Shown here in pieces: positions 28,421-37,746 of a DNA stretch of 64,000 bases (the first letter of the stretch is position 1; each line of letters starts with the position of its first letter). Source of the stretch: Alphaproteobacteria bacterium (GTDB taxonomy: Bacteria > Pseudomonadota > Alphaproteobacteria > SP197); the NCBI GenBank assembly GCA_965228895.1, contig OZ245842.1:1984001-2048000 (forward strand), in the 5' to 3' direction. Both the position numbers and the translations under genes were made by a program. The notes beneath the pieces are model-generated. The model worked only from the letters and a program-made list of their open reading frames with translations. It was not told where the DNA came from and did not search any database.

Positions 28421-29596
28421 TTAGGCCGCGGTGAGCATGCGTGTTGCCGCATCGCGCAGGCTATCCTGTGAATAGCGGACACTGTCGGTCATCAGCATCA
28501 CCTTGTTCTCATCGGCGAAGCAGAGTGCCGCGATGGCATCGGCGTCATCGGCACTGAGCTTGTGGTCGTCGAGCGATAGGCGAAGCCCGACCTCACGCAG
28601 CCAGGCGTCATAGGCCGGCGCCGCCAAAGCGGCGGCTTCTTCGGTGCCAAGACCTTGCACCGGCGCACCTAGCGCGCCGGCCACCTCCGCATACGCCTCG
28701 GGCACGGTTTCCGCGGCACCGGCCATCGTCGCGTTTAAAGCCAGGCCGACAGCACGGCCATGATGGACGCCGGCAATCTCACCGATGGCGTGGCCCATGG
28801 CATGGGCTATGCCGACACCGGTCACATCAAAGGCGATGCCCGCCGTCGTCGCGGCGATCAGCACGTGACCGCGCGCTTCAAGGTCTTCCGGTTCGTCGAT
28901 CGCCCGTTTGAGCCAGGTCTTCAACTGGCGCACGGCACCGAGGGCAAGGGCGGTCGAAACGGGATTGCGCCGCCGTGTCGTTGCCGACTCGATGGCGTGA
29001 ACCGAGGCGTCGACACCGGTCGCGGCGGTCAACGCAGGTGGCAGTCCGACCGTCAGGGCGGGGTCGAGCAAGGCGAGGTTAAAGCGCAGGGGATTGCCCC
29101 AGGCCCAGAGCTTACGGTCTTCGGTGCTGAACACCGAGGTGCGCGTTACTTCCGAACCGGTACCCGCCGTTGTCGGAATGGCGATCTTCGGCAGGCCGTC
29201 ACGCGGAACCGGCTGGGCGCCCAAAGCATAGGTTTCGACGGCGTCGCCGGAGACGGCGAGCGCGGCGGCGACCTTGGCGACGTCCAGGCTGGAGCCGCCG
29301 CCCAAGCCGACCACGCAGCGGGCGCCAGCTTGCCGCGCCAGCTCGACCACGCCATCGACCGAACTGGCAAGCGGGTCGCTTCTGATGTCGGTAAATGCCT
29401 GAACCGTGTGACCCCCGCCTTCAATGGCGGCGGTTGTCCGTTCGACCAAACCGGCTGCCGCGACCCCGGGGTCGCTGACCAGGACGACGGTGCTGCCGGC
29501 ACCCGCCAACTTCTCGATGTCGCGGCCAAGCTTATTGAGGCGATTGACGCCGAAGGCCAATGGTACGGGGGCATCGAAGTTGAAGGGGTCGGTCAT
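28421..29596 (-). CDS. Iron-containing alcohol dehydrogenase (second paralogue)
   Basis: GGGSSLD, PTTAGTGSE, GVDA..H, HAMGH, HHG; GGGAGA RBS. Confidence 0.9.
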   Translation of the reverse strand: MTDPFNFDAPVPLAFGVNRLNKLGRDIEKLAGAGSTVVLVSDPGVAAAGLVERTTAAIEGGGHTVQAFTDIRSDPLASSVDGVVELARQAGARCVVGLGGGSSLDVAKVAAALAVSGDAVETYALGAQPVPRDGLPKIAIPTTAGTGSEVTRTSVFSTEDRKLWAWGNPLRFNLALLDPALTVGLPPALTAATGVDASVHAIESATTRRRNPVSTALALGAVRQLKTWLKRAIDEPEDLEARGHVLIAATTAGIAFDVTGVGIAHAMGHAIGEIAGVHHGRAVGLALNATMAGAAETVPEAYAEVAGALGAPVQGLGTEEAAALAAPAYDAWLREVGLRLSLDDHKLSADDADAIAALCFADENKVMLMTDSVRYSQDSLRDAATRMLTAA

Positions 29597-29792
29597 GGCG
29601 GTCTCCCGAAGCACATCCCAAGTCGCTTCAGTCGCGACGCAATGAAGCAGGGATGGGTTTGCTTGTTCCTTATGTTTGCGATCGATCGGTTCGAATTCGC
29701 CGAATGATCTCGCCGCTGGTGGTTTAGGCGACGAGGTGCTGACCCGTCAACGGCGCGTTACACCGTGCAGCCGCAACCTCCGGCATCTGAAA

Positions 29793-30761
29793 TCAGGGGC
29801 CGGGACCGCACTCCTGCGTGAAGCTGGTGTCGGGTGTGCCAACATAACAGCGCGGCACGACCGGCCAGTCCGGCGAGAGGAAGTAGGCATAGATGCCCTC
29901 GGGATAATCTGGCGTCACCCCGAAACGACCGTTGCAGGCATCAAGGTCGCCGGCGCCTTCGATGAACTCGTAGTCGGCGAGGAAAGTGCCGTCATAGGTG
30001 CCGCCGGGCTGGTCACCGCCGGATGGGCGATCGCCTTGGCGCAACCGGTAGCTCGAGCCGAGCTCTGCAATGCCCGAGCCCGGGTCCATCGGATCGACAT
30101 AGCCGTAGAGCGCGTAGATTGGAAAGCCGTCGGCAGCCCACCCGACCAGGGGCGAATGGTCACCCGGAGCAACACCGAGGTCATCCAGGAGGTCGGTTGG
30201 CCACAGATGGTAGTGGTAGGCACCGGTCGGCTGGACATGCGCATAATTGGCATCGAGGCCCAGGGGGAGGGCGCCGGACAGCACCGCGTACTGCCAGGGC
30301 GAGCCCCGCACGCCCAGATACCACTCGGCGGCATGGGGATCGAACGGCACACCGTTGGCGGCGATGCCGAAGTTATGCATCCGCGCCTGGGTCATGGCCG
30401 CGGCGAGCGCTGGCTGTGCCGGCATCTCGTAACGATAGGATTGTGGCTCTATGGCGTTGGGGTTGGCGCGATTGGGAAACTTGCCGACCGCGTGCTCGGG
30501 AATGCCGTTGGCGGTAATCACCCGCTTGTCGTCCTCCACCGTAATCGACACATCGATGGGATAAGGCAGCACGACATCGGCCGGATCGACGTTCAGAACC
30601 CCATCACTCTGGATCACCGTATGCTTGCGGGGTTGAGGCTGTTGGCCTTGAGCATCGATGTCGTGCGCTCTGGCCTGATACAACGTCACACTGGCAACCG
30701 CTGCGCAAATGGCCAAAGTTCGGCGCAAGCCCGCTAGGTCCCGCGTTCTCGGTGCTCTCAT
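29793..30761 (-). CDS. Secreted YHYH-domain protein
   Basis: Signal-peptide-like N-terminus, NGIP.H..G.FP, GAYHYH, GWAADGFPIY, SSY, DGTF..DYE, GDLD.CNG. Confidence 0.85.
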   Translation of the reverse strand: MRAPRTRDLAGLRRTLAICAAVASVTLYQARAHDIDAQGQQPQPRKHTVIQSDGVLNVDPADVVLPYPIDVSITVEDDKRVITANGIPEHAVGKFPNRANPNAIEPQSYRYEMPAQPALAAAMTQARMHNFGIAANGVPFDPHAAEWYLGVRGSPWQYAVLSGALPLGLDANYAHVQPTGAYHYHLWPTDLLDDLGVAPGDHSPLVGWAADGFPIYALYGYVDPMDPGSGIAELGSSYRLRQGDRPSGGDQPGGTYDGTFLADYEFIEGAGDLDACNGRFGVTPDYPEGIYAYFLSPDWPVVPRCYVGTPDTSFTQECGPGP

Positions 30762-30779
30762 CGGTCCCTTATCGTGCTG

Positions 30780-30819
30780 TGCGGTTCGGTGTTGCGTTCC
30801 ATGATAACGCCGAACCGCA
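30780..30819. repeat. 15-bp inverted repeat in divergent YHYH/oxidoreductase intergenic region
   Basis: TGCGGTTCGGTGTTG-N10-TAACGCCGAACCGCA (13 WC plus 2 G-T pairs). Confidence 0.65.
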
Positions 30820-30903
30820 TTTCGATCGTGCGGTTTTCGCGCGCATGCGACGTCTTGCGCTTGCCGACGAAGTCACCGGCTCTATGATGCGCGTCGCTTC
30901 GCC

Positions 30904-32253
30904 ATGACAGACCTTTACCATTCTTCGATCTACAACGCCGACGGCCACGTCGACAGCTTCTGGGCGCAGACCGCGGGGCCGGAGGTCGAAGGTTGGGCGC
31001 CGTTGTCGGGCGACCGCCGGTGCGACGTTGCTGTCATCGGTGGCGGCTATACGGGGATGTCGGCGGCGCTGCACCTGGCGCGAGACTACGGCGTCGACGT
31101 GCGCATTCTTGAAGCCGGCCCGCCGGGTTGGGGCGCATCGGGCCGCAACGGTGGGTTCGTCGGCCCGTCCAGCAGCAAGCTTGGCATGTCGGCCATGATC
31201 GCCCGGTTTGGCGGGGAAGAGACACGCCGTTACTACCGCAACGGCCTGGCCGCCATCGATCTGGTGCGTGAACTCGCCGAAACGGAATCGATCGATTACG
31301 AAGCCTGTGGCGACGGCGAACTGGGTGTCGCCCATAAGGCCTCGCAAATGAATGGCATGACGGACTGGGCCGCCACGTGGCGCGATATGCTGGGCGTCGA
31401 TGTCGACGTTTGGTCGCGCGACGAGTTGGCAGAGCGCGGTTATGCCGGCCCGCATGCCTACGGCGGGCTTTTTACCCATGCCGGTTTTGCGCTTCATCCG
31501 ATGAAGTACGCGCGTGGGCTGGCCCGGGCCTGCATCCGCCACGGCGTCGCGTTTCACGGTGGCTCCGAGGTGACATCGTGGCGGCGCGAGGGCGAGGAGC
31601 ATCGGCTGGTGACGAACGGCGGTTCGCTGCGCGCCCGTCAGGTCATCGTCGCGACCAACGGGTTCACCCGCGATCGACTGCATCCCGGGTTCGCGGGCAC
31701 CATGCTGCCGGCTTTGTCCAACATCATCGTGACCCGCCCACTGCGGACGGATGAGTTGGAGGCCCATGGCTGGAGAACGCCGTGTCCGGTATGGGACACC
31801 AGAAACCTGTTGTTTTACTTCCGCCTGTTGCCTGATAACCGGTTCCTGCTGGGCGCGCGGGCGGCGACACGCAACACGCCGGCCCAGACGGAAAAGTACC
31901 GACGGTGGTTGATCCGGCAGTTCCAAACCATGTGGCCGGGTTGGCGGGATGTCGATATCGACTATTTCTGGCGTGGCTTTGTCTGCTTGGCCGCCGATCG
32001 CGTACCGCATGTCGGCCAGCTCGGTGACGATCCCTCGGTCTGGCACGGTTTGGCCTATCATGGCGGCGGCGTTGCCTGGGCGACCTATAGCGGTCAGGCG
32101 CTGGCGCGCATGATCGCCGGCAACGAGCCCGCCGATCGCTGGTTGAGCGCTGTGGTGCGCCAACCGCTGGTGAGGTTCCCCATGGCCGCTTGGCGCCTTT
32201 GGTACCTGCGCGGCGCCTATGTGCTTTATGGCTTGAAGGACCGATACGGATGA
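30904..32253 (+). CDS. FAD-dependent oxidoreductase, gamma-glutamylputrescine oxidase (PuuB)-like
   Basis: VAVIGGGYTG, GASGRNGG, LHP.KY..GLA, GGGV; upstream TTGCCG-N16-TATGAT. Confidence 0.85.
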   Translation: MTDLYHSSIYNADGHVDSFWAQTAGPEVEGWAPLSGDRRCDVAVIGGGYTGMSAALHLARDYGVDVRILEAGPPGWGASGRNGGFVGPSSSKLGMSAMIARFGGEETRRYYRNGLAAIDLVRELAETESIDYEACGDGELGVAHKASQMNGMTDWAATWRDMLGVDVDVWSRDELAERGYAGPHAYGGLFTHAGFALHPMKYARGLARACIRHGVAFHGGSEVTSWRREGEEHRLVTNGGSLRARQVIVATNGFTRDRLHPGFAGTMLPALSNIIVTRPLRTDELEAHGWRTPCPVWDTRNLLFYFRLLPDNRFLLGARAATRNTPAQTEKYRRWLIRQFQTMWPGWRDVDIDYFWRGFVCLAADRVPHVGQLGDDPSVWHGLAYHGGGVAWATYSGQALARMIAGNEPADRWLSAVVRQPLVRFPMAAWRLWYLRGAYVLYGLKDRYG

Positions 32254-32942
32254 GATGGCTGGTATTGTGCTCGATCCTGTTCTTGGCCGGATGTCCCGCC
32301 CAGGGGCCGGCCGATGACACGTTCAATCTACGTTTTCGCTGGCTCAGCTACGTCCAGGGTGACGATATCCTGGCCCAGTGCACGCCGGGGGCGCCGGCAC
32401 GCATTCGGCTCGTCTACAACGCCATCTTTACCGAAGAGGTCCGCACGTTTGACCTAACGGCGGTCGACCAGGGGGCAACCTCGATGGCGACCCGTCTGTG
32501 GCGGGGGTCATCGGCGATAACGCTTAGGGAAGGCAAACTTAGTAGCGCCCTTGACCCTGCGGACGTGGGAGAGGCCTATATCGGGCCGGAAGAGACGCGT
32601 GCGATCGTTAATGCGTTGGACGCCAGTGGTTTCTATGAACCGCCGCCCAACGGGCTGTTGTTGCGGTCCGACGACTTCTTCTGGGTGGGAATGGCCTGTA
32701 TTGATGGTGAATTCATGGTCCAGGCCTATCCCAAGGACCAGTTTGGCCGCATCCGTTTTGCCGACCTTCTGGCCCAACTGGACCCCATCCAAAAATCTCT
32801 GCCCCAGGCGAGGCCGCTCGATTTGCCGCCGCTCAACTCGGTCGGTAGCGGTGTGCCGCTTCGCCAGAAGGACGATTTGGAGGAGCTTTACTATCGAATC
32901 GACGTGAAAGACGATCGTTTGGTTGCAAATTGGCGAACGTAA
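32250..32942 (+). CDS. Hypothetical lipoprotein
   Basis: MRWLVLCSILFLAG-C lipobox; ATGA overlap with the preceding gene. Confidence 0.75.
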   Translation: MRWLVLCSILFLAGCPAQGPADDTFNLRFRWLSYVQGDDILAQCTPGAPARIRLVYNAIFTEEVRTFDLTAVDQGATSMATRLWRGSSAITLREGKLSSALDPADVGEAYIGPEETRAIVNALDASGFYEPPPNGLLLRSDDFFWVGMACIDGEFMVQAYPKDQFGRIRFADLLAQLDPIQKSLPQARPLDLPPLNSVGSGVPLRQKDDLEELYYRIDVKDDRLVANWRT

Positions 32943-32962
32943 TTCAACCGTCACCAAATTTT

Positions 32963-33039
32963 TTGTGCACTGCAACAAAAATGAGATTGACGAACGGCAT
33001 AATCCTCCTCATATAGCTGGTAATGCTGCAGTGCAGCAT
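32963..33039 (+). promoter_or_regulatory. Phasin promoter (TTGACG 32987-N17-CATATA) flanked by two PhaR-type operators
   Basis: TTGTGCACTGCA at 32963-32974 and palindrome ATGCTGCAGTGCAGCAT at 33023-33039. Confidence 0.75.
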
Positions 33040-33084
33040 AACAGATTCAACAGCATTCCAGCGTATTCCAGAGGAGGGATCGAC

Positions 33085-33612
33085 ATGGCTACTGCAAAGA
33101 CCAAACAGGCTGTGCCTGAGTTCGATACCGCGGTTGACGCGGGTACCAAAGTTGCCGAAACCGTGATCAAGGCCAACACCGAGGCCTGCAAGAAGGGTTA
33201 CGAGACCCTGGTCAGCATGGGCCGCGAGGCCGTTGATGCGGCTTCGAAGGCGAGTTCAAACGTGCAGGGTTTTGAGCAGGTCGCCGATTACCCCAAAGCC
33301 AACTTTGAAGCCGTTGTCGAGGCCGGTTCGGTCGTCGCGCGCGGCGTCGAGGAGTGCAATGGCCGGGTGATCGATATGGCGAAGTCGAACCTTGAGGACG
33401 GCCTTGCCGCGCAGAAGGCGCTGTTTGGCGCCAAGACGTTCCAGGAAGCCGTCGAAATCCAGTCCGGCTTTATGCGCAAGGCTGCCGAGCGCGCCATGAG
33501 CGAGAGCGCCGCGATTTCCGGTATGTGGATGAAGATGGCGAGCGATGCCGCCCAGCCGCTGGCTCAGCGGGTCAACAAGACCGTTGAAGAGGTCTCCAAG
33601 ACCGCTGCCTGA
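33085..33612 (+). CDS. phaP: Phasin (PHA granule protein)
   Basis: Ala-rich helical protein with N.EA.V....A.G....AKTF.EA.E.QS.F pattern; GAGGAGG RBS; upstream of clpS. Confidence 0.85.
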   Translation: MATAKTKQAVPEFDTAVDAGTKVAETVIKANTEACKKGYETLVSMGREAVDAASKASSNVQGFEQVADYPKANFEAVVEAGSVVARGVEECNGRVIDMAKSNLEDGLAAQKALFGAKTFQEAVEIQSGFMRKAAERAMSESAAISGMWMKMASDAAQPLAQRVNKTVEEVSKTAA

Positions 33613-33635
33613 TTTCAGGTGTGAGGACGTTCAAG

Positions 33636-33669
33636 AGGCCCGGAACGGCAACGTTCCGGGCCTTTTTTT
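33636..33669 (+). terminator. Intrinsic terminator after phasin
   Basis: AGGCCCGGAACG-GCAA-CGTTCCGGGCCT followed by T-run. Confidence 0.9.
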
Positions 33670-33769
33670 GTCCCCTGTCAACCCTTTCCAATTTGACATC
33701 AACACCCAATATTATGAGCCTGTCGCCTTGAAGCGACGGCACAATCTGGAACGGCACCCAATCCATCTG

Positions 33770-34096
33770 ATGGCGGACGACAACAGACGCGACGACGATC
33801 GCCCAGAAACGGGCATCGTCACAAAGACGCGGCAAAAAACCAAAAAACCGTCCATGTACAAGGTCATCCTCTTGAACGATGACTACACGCCCATGGAGTT
33901 TGTCGTGCACGTTCTGCAAAAGTTCTTTCACAAAGGCCATGACGACGCCGTGCAGATCATGCTGCATGTGCACCAACGCGGCGTCGGCATCTGCGGCGTC
34001 TACCCGTTCGACGTCGCCGAGACCAAAGTGACCCAAGTCATAGACTACGCACGACAGAACGAGCATCCTTTGCAAGCCACGCTGGAAAAGGAGTAG
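33770..34096 (+). CDS. clpS: ATP-dependent Clp protease adapter ClpS
   Basis: [37 protein letters not shown]. Confidence 0.95.
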   Translation: MADDNRRDDDRPETGIVTKTRQKTKKPSMYKVILLNDDYTPMEFVVHVLQKFFHKGHDDAVQIMLHVHQRGVGICGVYPFDVAETKVTQVIDYARQNEHPLQATLEKE

Positions 34097-34103
34097 GCCG
34101 TCC

Positions 34104-36437
34104 ATGTTGTCGGCAAACCTGGAAAAGACACTGCGCGCGGCCCTGGCACTCGCTAACGAGCGCCAGCACGAGTACGCGACCCTGGAGCATCTGCTCCTGG
34201 CGCTGCTTGATGACGACGACGCGATCGCCGTCATGAAGGCGTGCAACGTGGAGGTCAAGGCGCTGCGCGAAGAGGTCGAGGACTTCGTCGACAACGACCT
34301 TCAGGGTTTGGTGGTTGACGGGTTTGTCGAGGCGAAACCGACGGCCGGTTTCCAGCGCGCTTTGCATCGCGCCGCCATGCATGTCCAGTCGTCGGGCCGT
34401 GACGAGGTGACCGGCGCCAATGTGTTGGTGGCGCTGTTCTCCGAGCGCGAAAGCCACGCCGTCTATTTCCTGCAGCAGCACGACATGACGCGCTTGGATG
34501 CGGTCAGCTATATCAGCCACGGCGTCGCCAAAGTGCCCGGCCAGTCCGAGCCGAAGACCGTGCGCGGTGCCGAGGATGAGGAGGAACAGGTCAAGCAGGG
34601 CGCCGAAGCGCTCGATGCCTATTGCGTCAACCTCAACGAAAAGGCCAAGAGCGGGCGTATCGATCCGCTTGTCGGTCGCGAGATGGAAGTCGAGCGCACG
34701 ATCCAGGTCTTGTGCCGGCGCACCAAGAACAACCCGCTTTATGTCGGCGATCCCGGCGTCGGCAAGACGGCCATCGCCGAAGGGTTGGCGAAACGGATCG
34801 TCGAGCACGATGTGCCCGATGTGCTGCAAGACGCCATCATCTATGCGCTCGACATGGGCGCGCTTTTGGCCGGCACGCGCTATCGCGGCGACTTCGAGGA
34901 GCGGCTGAAGGCGGTCGTGAGTGAGCTTGAGGCCGATCCCAACGCCATCATGTTTATCGACGAGATCCATACGGTGATCGGCGCCGGCGCGACGTCCGGC
35001 GGCGCGATGGATGCGTCGAACATGCTGAAGCCGGCGCTGCAATCGGGCACGCTGCGCTGCATGGGTTCAACGACGTACAAGGAATACCGCAACTACTTTG
35101 AGAAGGACCGGGCGCTGGCGCGCCGCTTCCAGAAGATCGATGTGGTGGAGCCCAGCGTTCCCGACGCGATCAAGATCCTTAAGGGCCTGAAACCCTATTA
35201 CGAGGAGTTTCACCAGATCCGCTATACCCAGGACGCGATCAAGGCGGCTGTCGAGCTGGCCGACAAGTACCTGCACGACCGCAAGCTGCCCGATAAGGCG
35301 ATCGACGTCATGGACGAGGTGGGCGCCGCCCAGATGCTGGTGCCGGCCAACAAACGGCGCAAGACGATCGGCGTGCGCGAGGTCGAGAACGTCATCGCGC
35401 GCATGGCCCGCGTCCCGCCGAGGAACGTTTCGCGCCAGGACAAGGCTTCCCTGGCGACCCTGTCGGAAGACCTCAAGAAGGTCGTCTTTGGTCAGGATTC
35501 GGCGATCGACTCGCTGGCCGACGCCATCAAGCTGTCGCGCGCCGGCTTGCGCGAGCCCGAGAAGCCGATCGGCAGCTATCTCTTCGCCGGCCCGACCGGT
35601 GTCGGCAAGACCGAGGTCGCGCGCCAGTTGGCGCACATCTCCGGTGTCGAGCTGGTGCGTTTCGACATGTCCGAATACATGGAGCGCCATACGGTATCGC
35701 GCCTGATCGGCGCGCCGCCGGGTTATGTCGGTTTCGACCAGGGCGGTCTTCTGACCGATGCGGTCGACCAGAACCCCCATGTCGTCCTGCTGCTGGACGA
35801 GGTCGAAAAGGCCCATCCCGATCTCTTCAACGTGCTCCTGCAGATCATGGACTACGGCAAGCTGACCGATCACAACGGCAAGAAGATCGACTTCCGCAAC
35901 GTCGTCTTGATCATGACCACCAATGCCGGCGCCGCCGACATGGCGAAGCCGCCGATCGGTTTCGGCCGCTCGCGCCGCGAGGGCGAGGACGAGGAGGCGA
36001 TCGAGAAGCTCTTCACGCCGGAGTTCCGCAATCGGCTCGACGCGGTCATCCGCTTTGACCCGCTCAGCCCCGAAACGATCGGCTTCGTCGTCGACAAGTT
36101 TGTCGGCGAACTGGAAGCCCAACTCGCCGACCGCGGTGTCACGATCGAGCTGTCCGACGAAGCGCGCACCTGGCTCGGCAAGCACGGTTATGACGAGCGG
36201 TTCGGCGCGCGTCCGTTGGCCCGTGTTATCCAGGAGCACGTGAAGAAACCATTGGCCGACGAACTGTTGTTCGGCGAGCTTCAGGGTGGCGGGCGTGTCC
36301 GTGTTGTCGTCGATGCCGCCGACAAGCTCGACTTCGAGCTGGTCACCCAGGATTTCCTGAAGGGCAAGACCAAGAACTCGAAACGCAGCACCCGCAAGGG
36401 TGACGGCGGTTCAGGCAAGGAACTGGTCAAGGGTTGA
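34104..36437 (+). CDS. clpA: ATP-dependent Clp protease ATP-binding subunit ClpA
   Basis: [29 protein letters not shown] loop, no ClpB middle domain. Confidence 0.96.
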   Translation: MLSANLEKTLRAALALANERQHEYATLEHLLLALLDDDDAIAVMKACNVEVKALREEVEDFVDNDLQGLVVDGFVEAKPTAGFQRALHRAAMHVQSSGRDEVTGANVLVALFSERESHAVYFLQQHDMTRLDAVSYISHGVAKVPGQSEPKTVRGAEDEEEQVKQGAEALDAYCVNLNEKAKSGRIDPLVGREMEVERTIQVLCRRTKNNPLYVGDPGVGKTAIAEGLAKRIVEHDVPDVLQDAIIYALDMGALLAGTRYRGDFEERLKAVVSELEADPNAIMFIDEIHTVIGAGATSGGAMDASNMLKPALQSGTLRCMGSTTYKEYRNYFEKDRALARRFQKIDVVEPSVPDAIKILKGLKPYYEEFHQIRYTQDAIKAAVELADKYLHDRKLPDKAIDVMDEVGAAQMLVPANKRRKTIGVREVENVIARMARVPPRNVSRQDKASLATLSEDLKKVVFGQDSAIDSLADAIKLSRAGLREPEKPIGSYLFAGPTGVGKTEVARQLAHISGVELVRFDMSEYMERHTVSRLIGAPPGYVGFDQGGLLTDAVDQNPHVVLLLDEVEKAHPDLFNVLLQIMDYGKLTDHNGKKIDFRNVVLIMTTNAGAADMAKPPIGFGRSRREGEDEEAIEKLFTPEFRNRLDAVIRFDPLSPETIGFVVDKFVGELEAQLADRGVTIELSDEARTWLGKHGYDERFGARPLARVIQEHVKKPLADELLFGELQGGGRVRVVVDAADKLDFELVTQDFLKGKTKNSKRSTRKGDGGSGKELVKG

Positions 36438-36447
36438 CCTGACCCGT

Positions 36448-37620
36448 TCAGCCGCTCTCGTCGCGTCGGAACGGCGTGAACTCACGCAAGATGGCCTCGA
36501 CTTCCCAGTCGACGTGGCGCGTTTCTTCTTTCAGAAAACGCGCGACCGCGTCGCGCAGCCCTTCATGGGTGATCCAATGGGCCGAATAGGTGCGCACCGG
36601 TAGATAACCGCGCTGGATCTTGTGTTCGCCCTGGGCGCCCGCCTCGACGCGCTGGAGGCCGTTGGCGATGGCGAAGTCGACGGCCTGGTAGTAGCAGGCT
36701 TCGAAATGCAAAAACCGGTGATCTTCGATGCAGCCCCAATAGCGGCCGTAGAGCGTGTCGGCGCCGGCCAGGTTCAGCGCACCTGCGATCAAGCGGCCCT
36801 GACGTCGGTAGAGGAAAAGGACCACCTTGTCGCCGAGCCGTTCGGTCAGAACGTCAAAGAAGTCTCGCGTCAGATAGGGCGTGCCCCACTTGCGGTTGCC
36901 GGTGTCCATATAGAAGCCGTAGAAGGCATCCCAGTGCTCGTCGCCAATGGCTGAGCCGCGCAGCACCTCAAACTCGATATCGCTTTCCTTGATGGCGCGC
37001 CGTTCCTTGCGGATCGCTTTGCGTTTGCGTGACGAGAGCGCGCCCAAAAAGTCGTCGAAGCACGTGTAGTCCTGGTTCTCCCAATGGAACTGCACGCCGG
37101 TGCGCTGGAGATAGCCCAGATCACCCATGGTGTCCCATTCGTCCGGGGTGGTGAAGTTGACGTGGACGGATGAGAGATCAGCCTGGATCGCGATTTGCGC
37201 CAGCGCCAAGCCGAGAACCCGGCGTAGTGCCGGCGCGCCCGGACCATCACCTGCCAACAGGCGCGGGCCCGGCACCGGCGAAAACGGCACCGCGACCAGC
37301 AGCTTGGGATAATACTGCCCGCCGGCGCGCTCAAAGGCGTTGGCCCAGCCGTAATCGAAGACATACTCGCCCTGGGAATGCGATTTAATGTAGGCGGGTG
37401 CGGCCGCGACGAGTTGGTTCTCGGCGTTTTCGACGACGACATGGCTTGGCATCCAGCCGGTCTCGCGCGTTGCCGAGCCGCTGTCTTCGAGCGCCGACAG
37501 GAAACCGTGGCTGACAAAAGGATTGGCCGCGCCGGCGCACGCATCCCATGCCGCCCGGTCGATGTCAGCCATCGACCCCACGGTCCGGACGGTCAGGTTG
37601 TCGCGATCGCTATCGCCCAT
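36448..37620 (-). CDS. GNAT/FemAB-like protein (DUF482)
   Basis: NPF.S..FL.ALE.SG, HS.GEYVFD, YYPKL, LYGRYWG, LHFE.CYYQ, EAGAQGEHK. Confidence 0.9.
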   Translation of the reverse strand: MGDSDRDNLTVRTVGSMADIDRAAWDACAGAANPFVSHGFLSALEDSGSATRETGWMPSHVVVENAENQLVAAAPAYIKSHSQGEYVFDYGWANAFERAGGQYYPKLLVAVPFSPVPGPRLLAGDGPGAPALRRVLGLALAQIAIQADLSSVHVNFTTPDEWDTMGDLGYLQRTGVQFHWENQDYTCFDDFLGALSSRKRKAIRKERRAIKESDIEFEVLRGSAIGDEHWDAFYGFYMDTGNRKWGTPYLTRDFFDVLTERLGDKVVLFLYRRQGRLIAGALNLAGADTLYGRYWGCIEDHRFLHFEACYYQAVDFAIANGLQRVEAGAQGEHKIQRGYLPVRTYSAHWITHEGLRDAVARFLKEETRHVDWEVEAILREFTPFRRDESG

Positions 37621-37746
37621 GTCTGCCGGTTTTCATCCACGTGTCGTTCTTGCTGTTCGCAGCCGGCGGCCCGGCGGATTACCGTCACATTCTAACATGG
37701 AGATCGGGGCCCGCATGTGACAGCGCGGTCACGCTTGGGCGAGACG

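Noticed and set aside
37684-37732. GTCACAT...ATGTGAC inverted repeat and TGTGA-N8-TCACG upstream of the GNAT gene
   Set aside because: Spacing does not fit a CRP box (N6) and a 7-bp repeat is within chance
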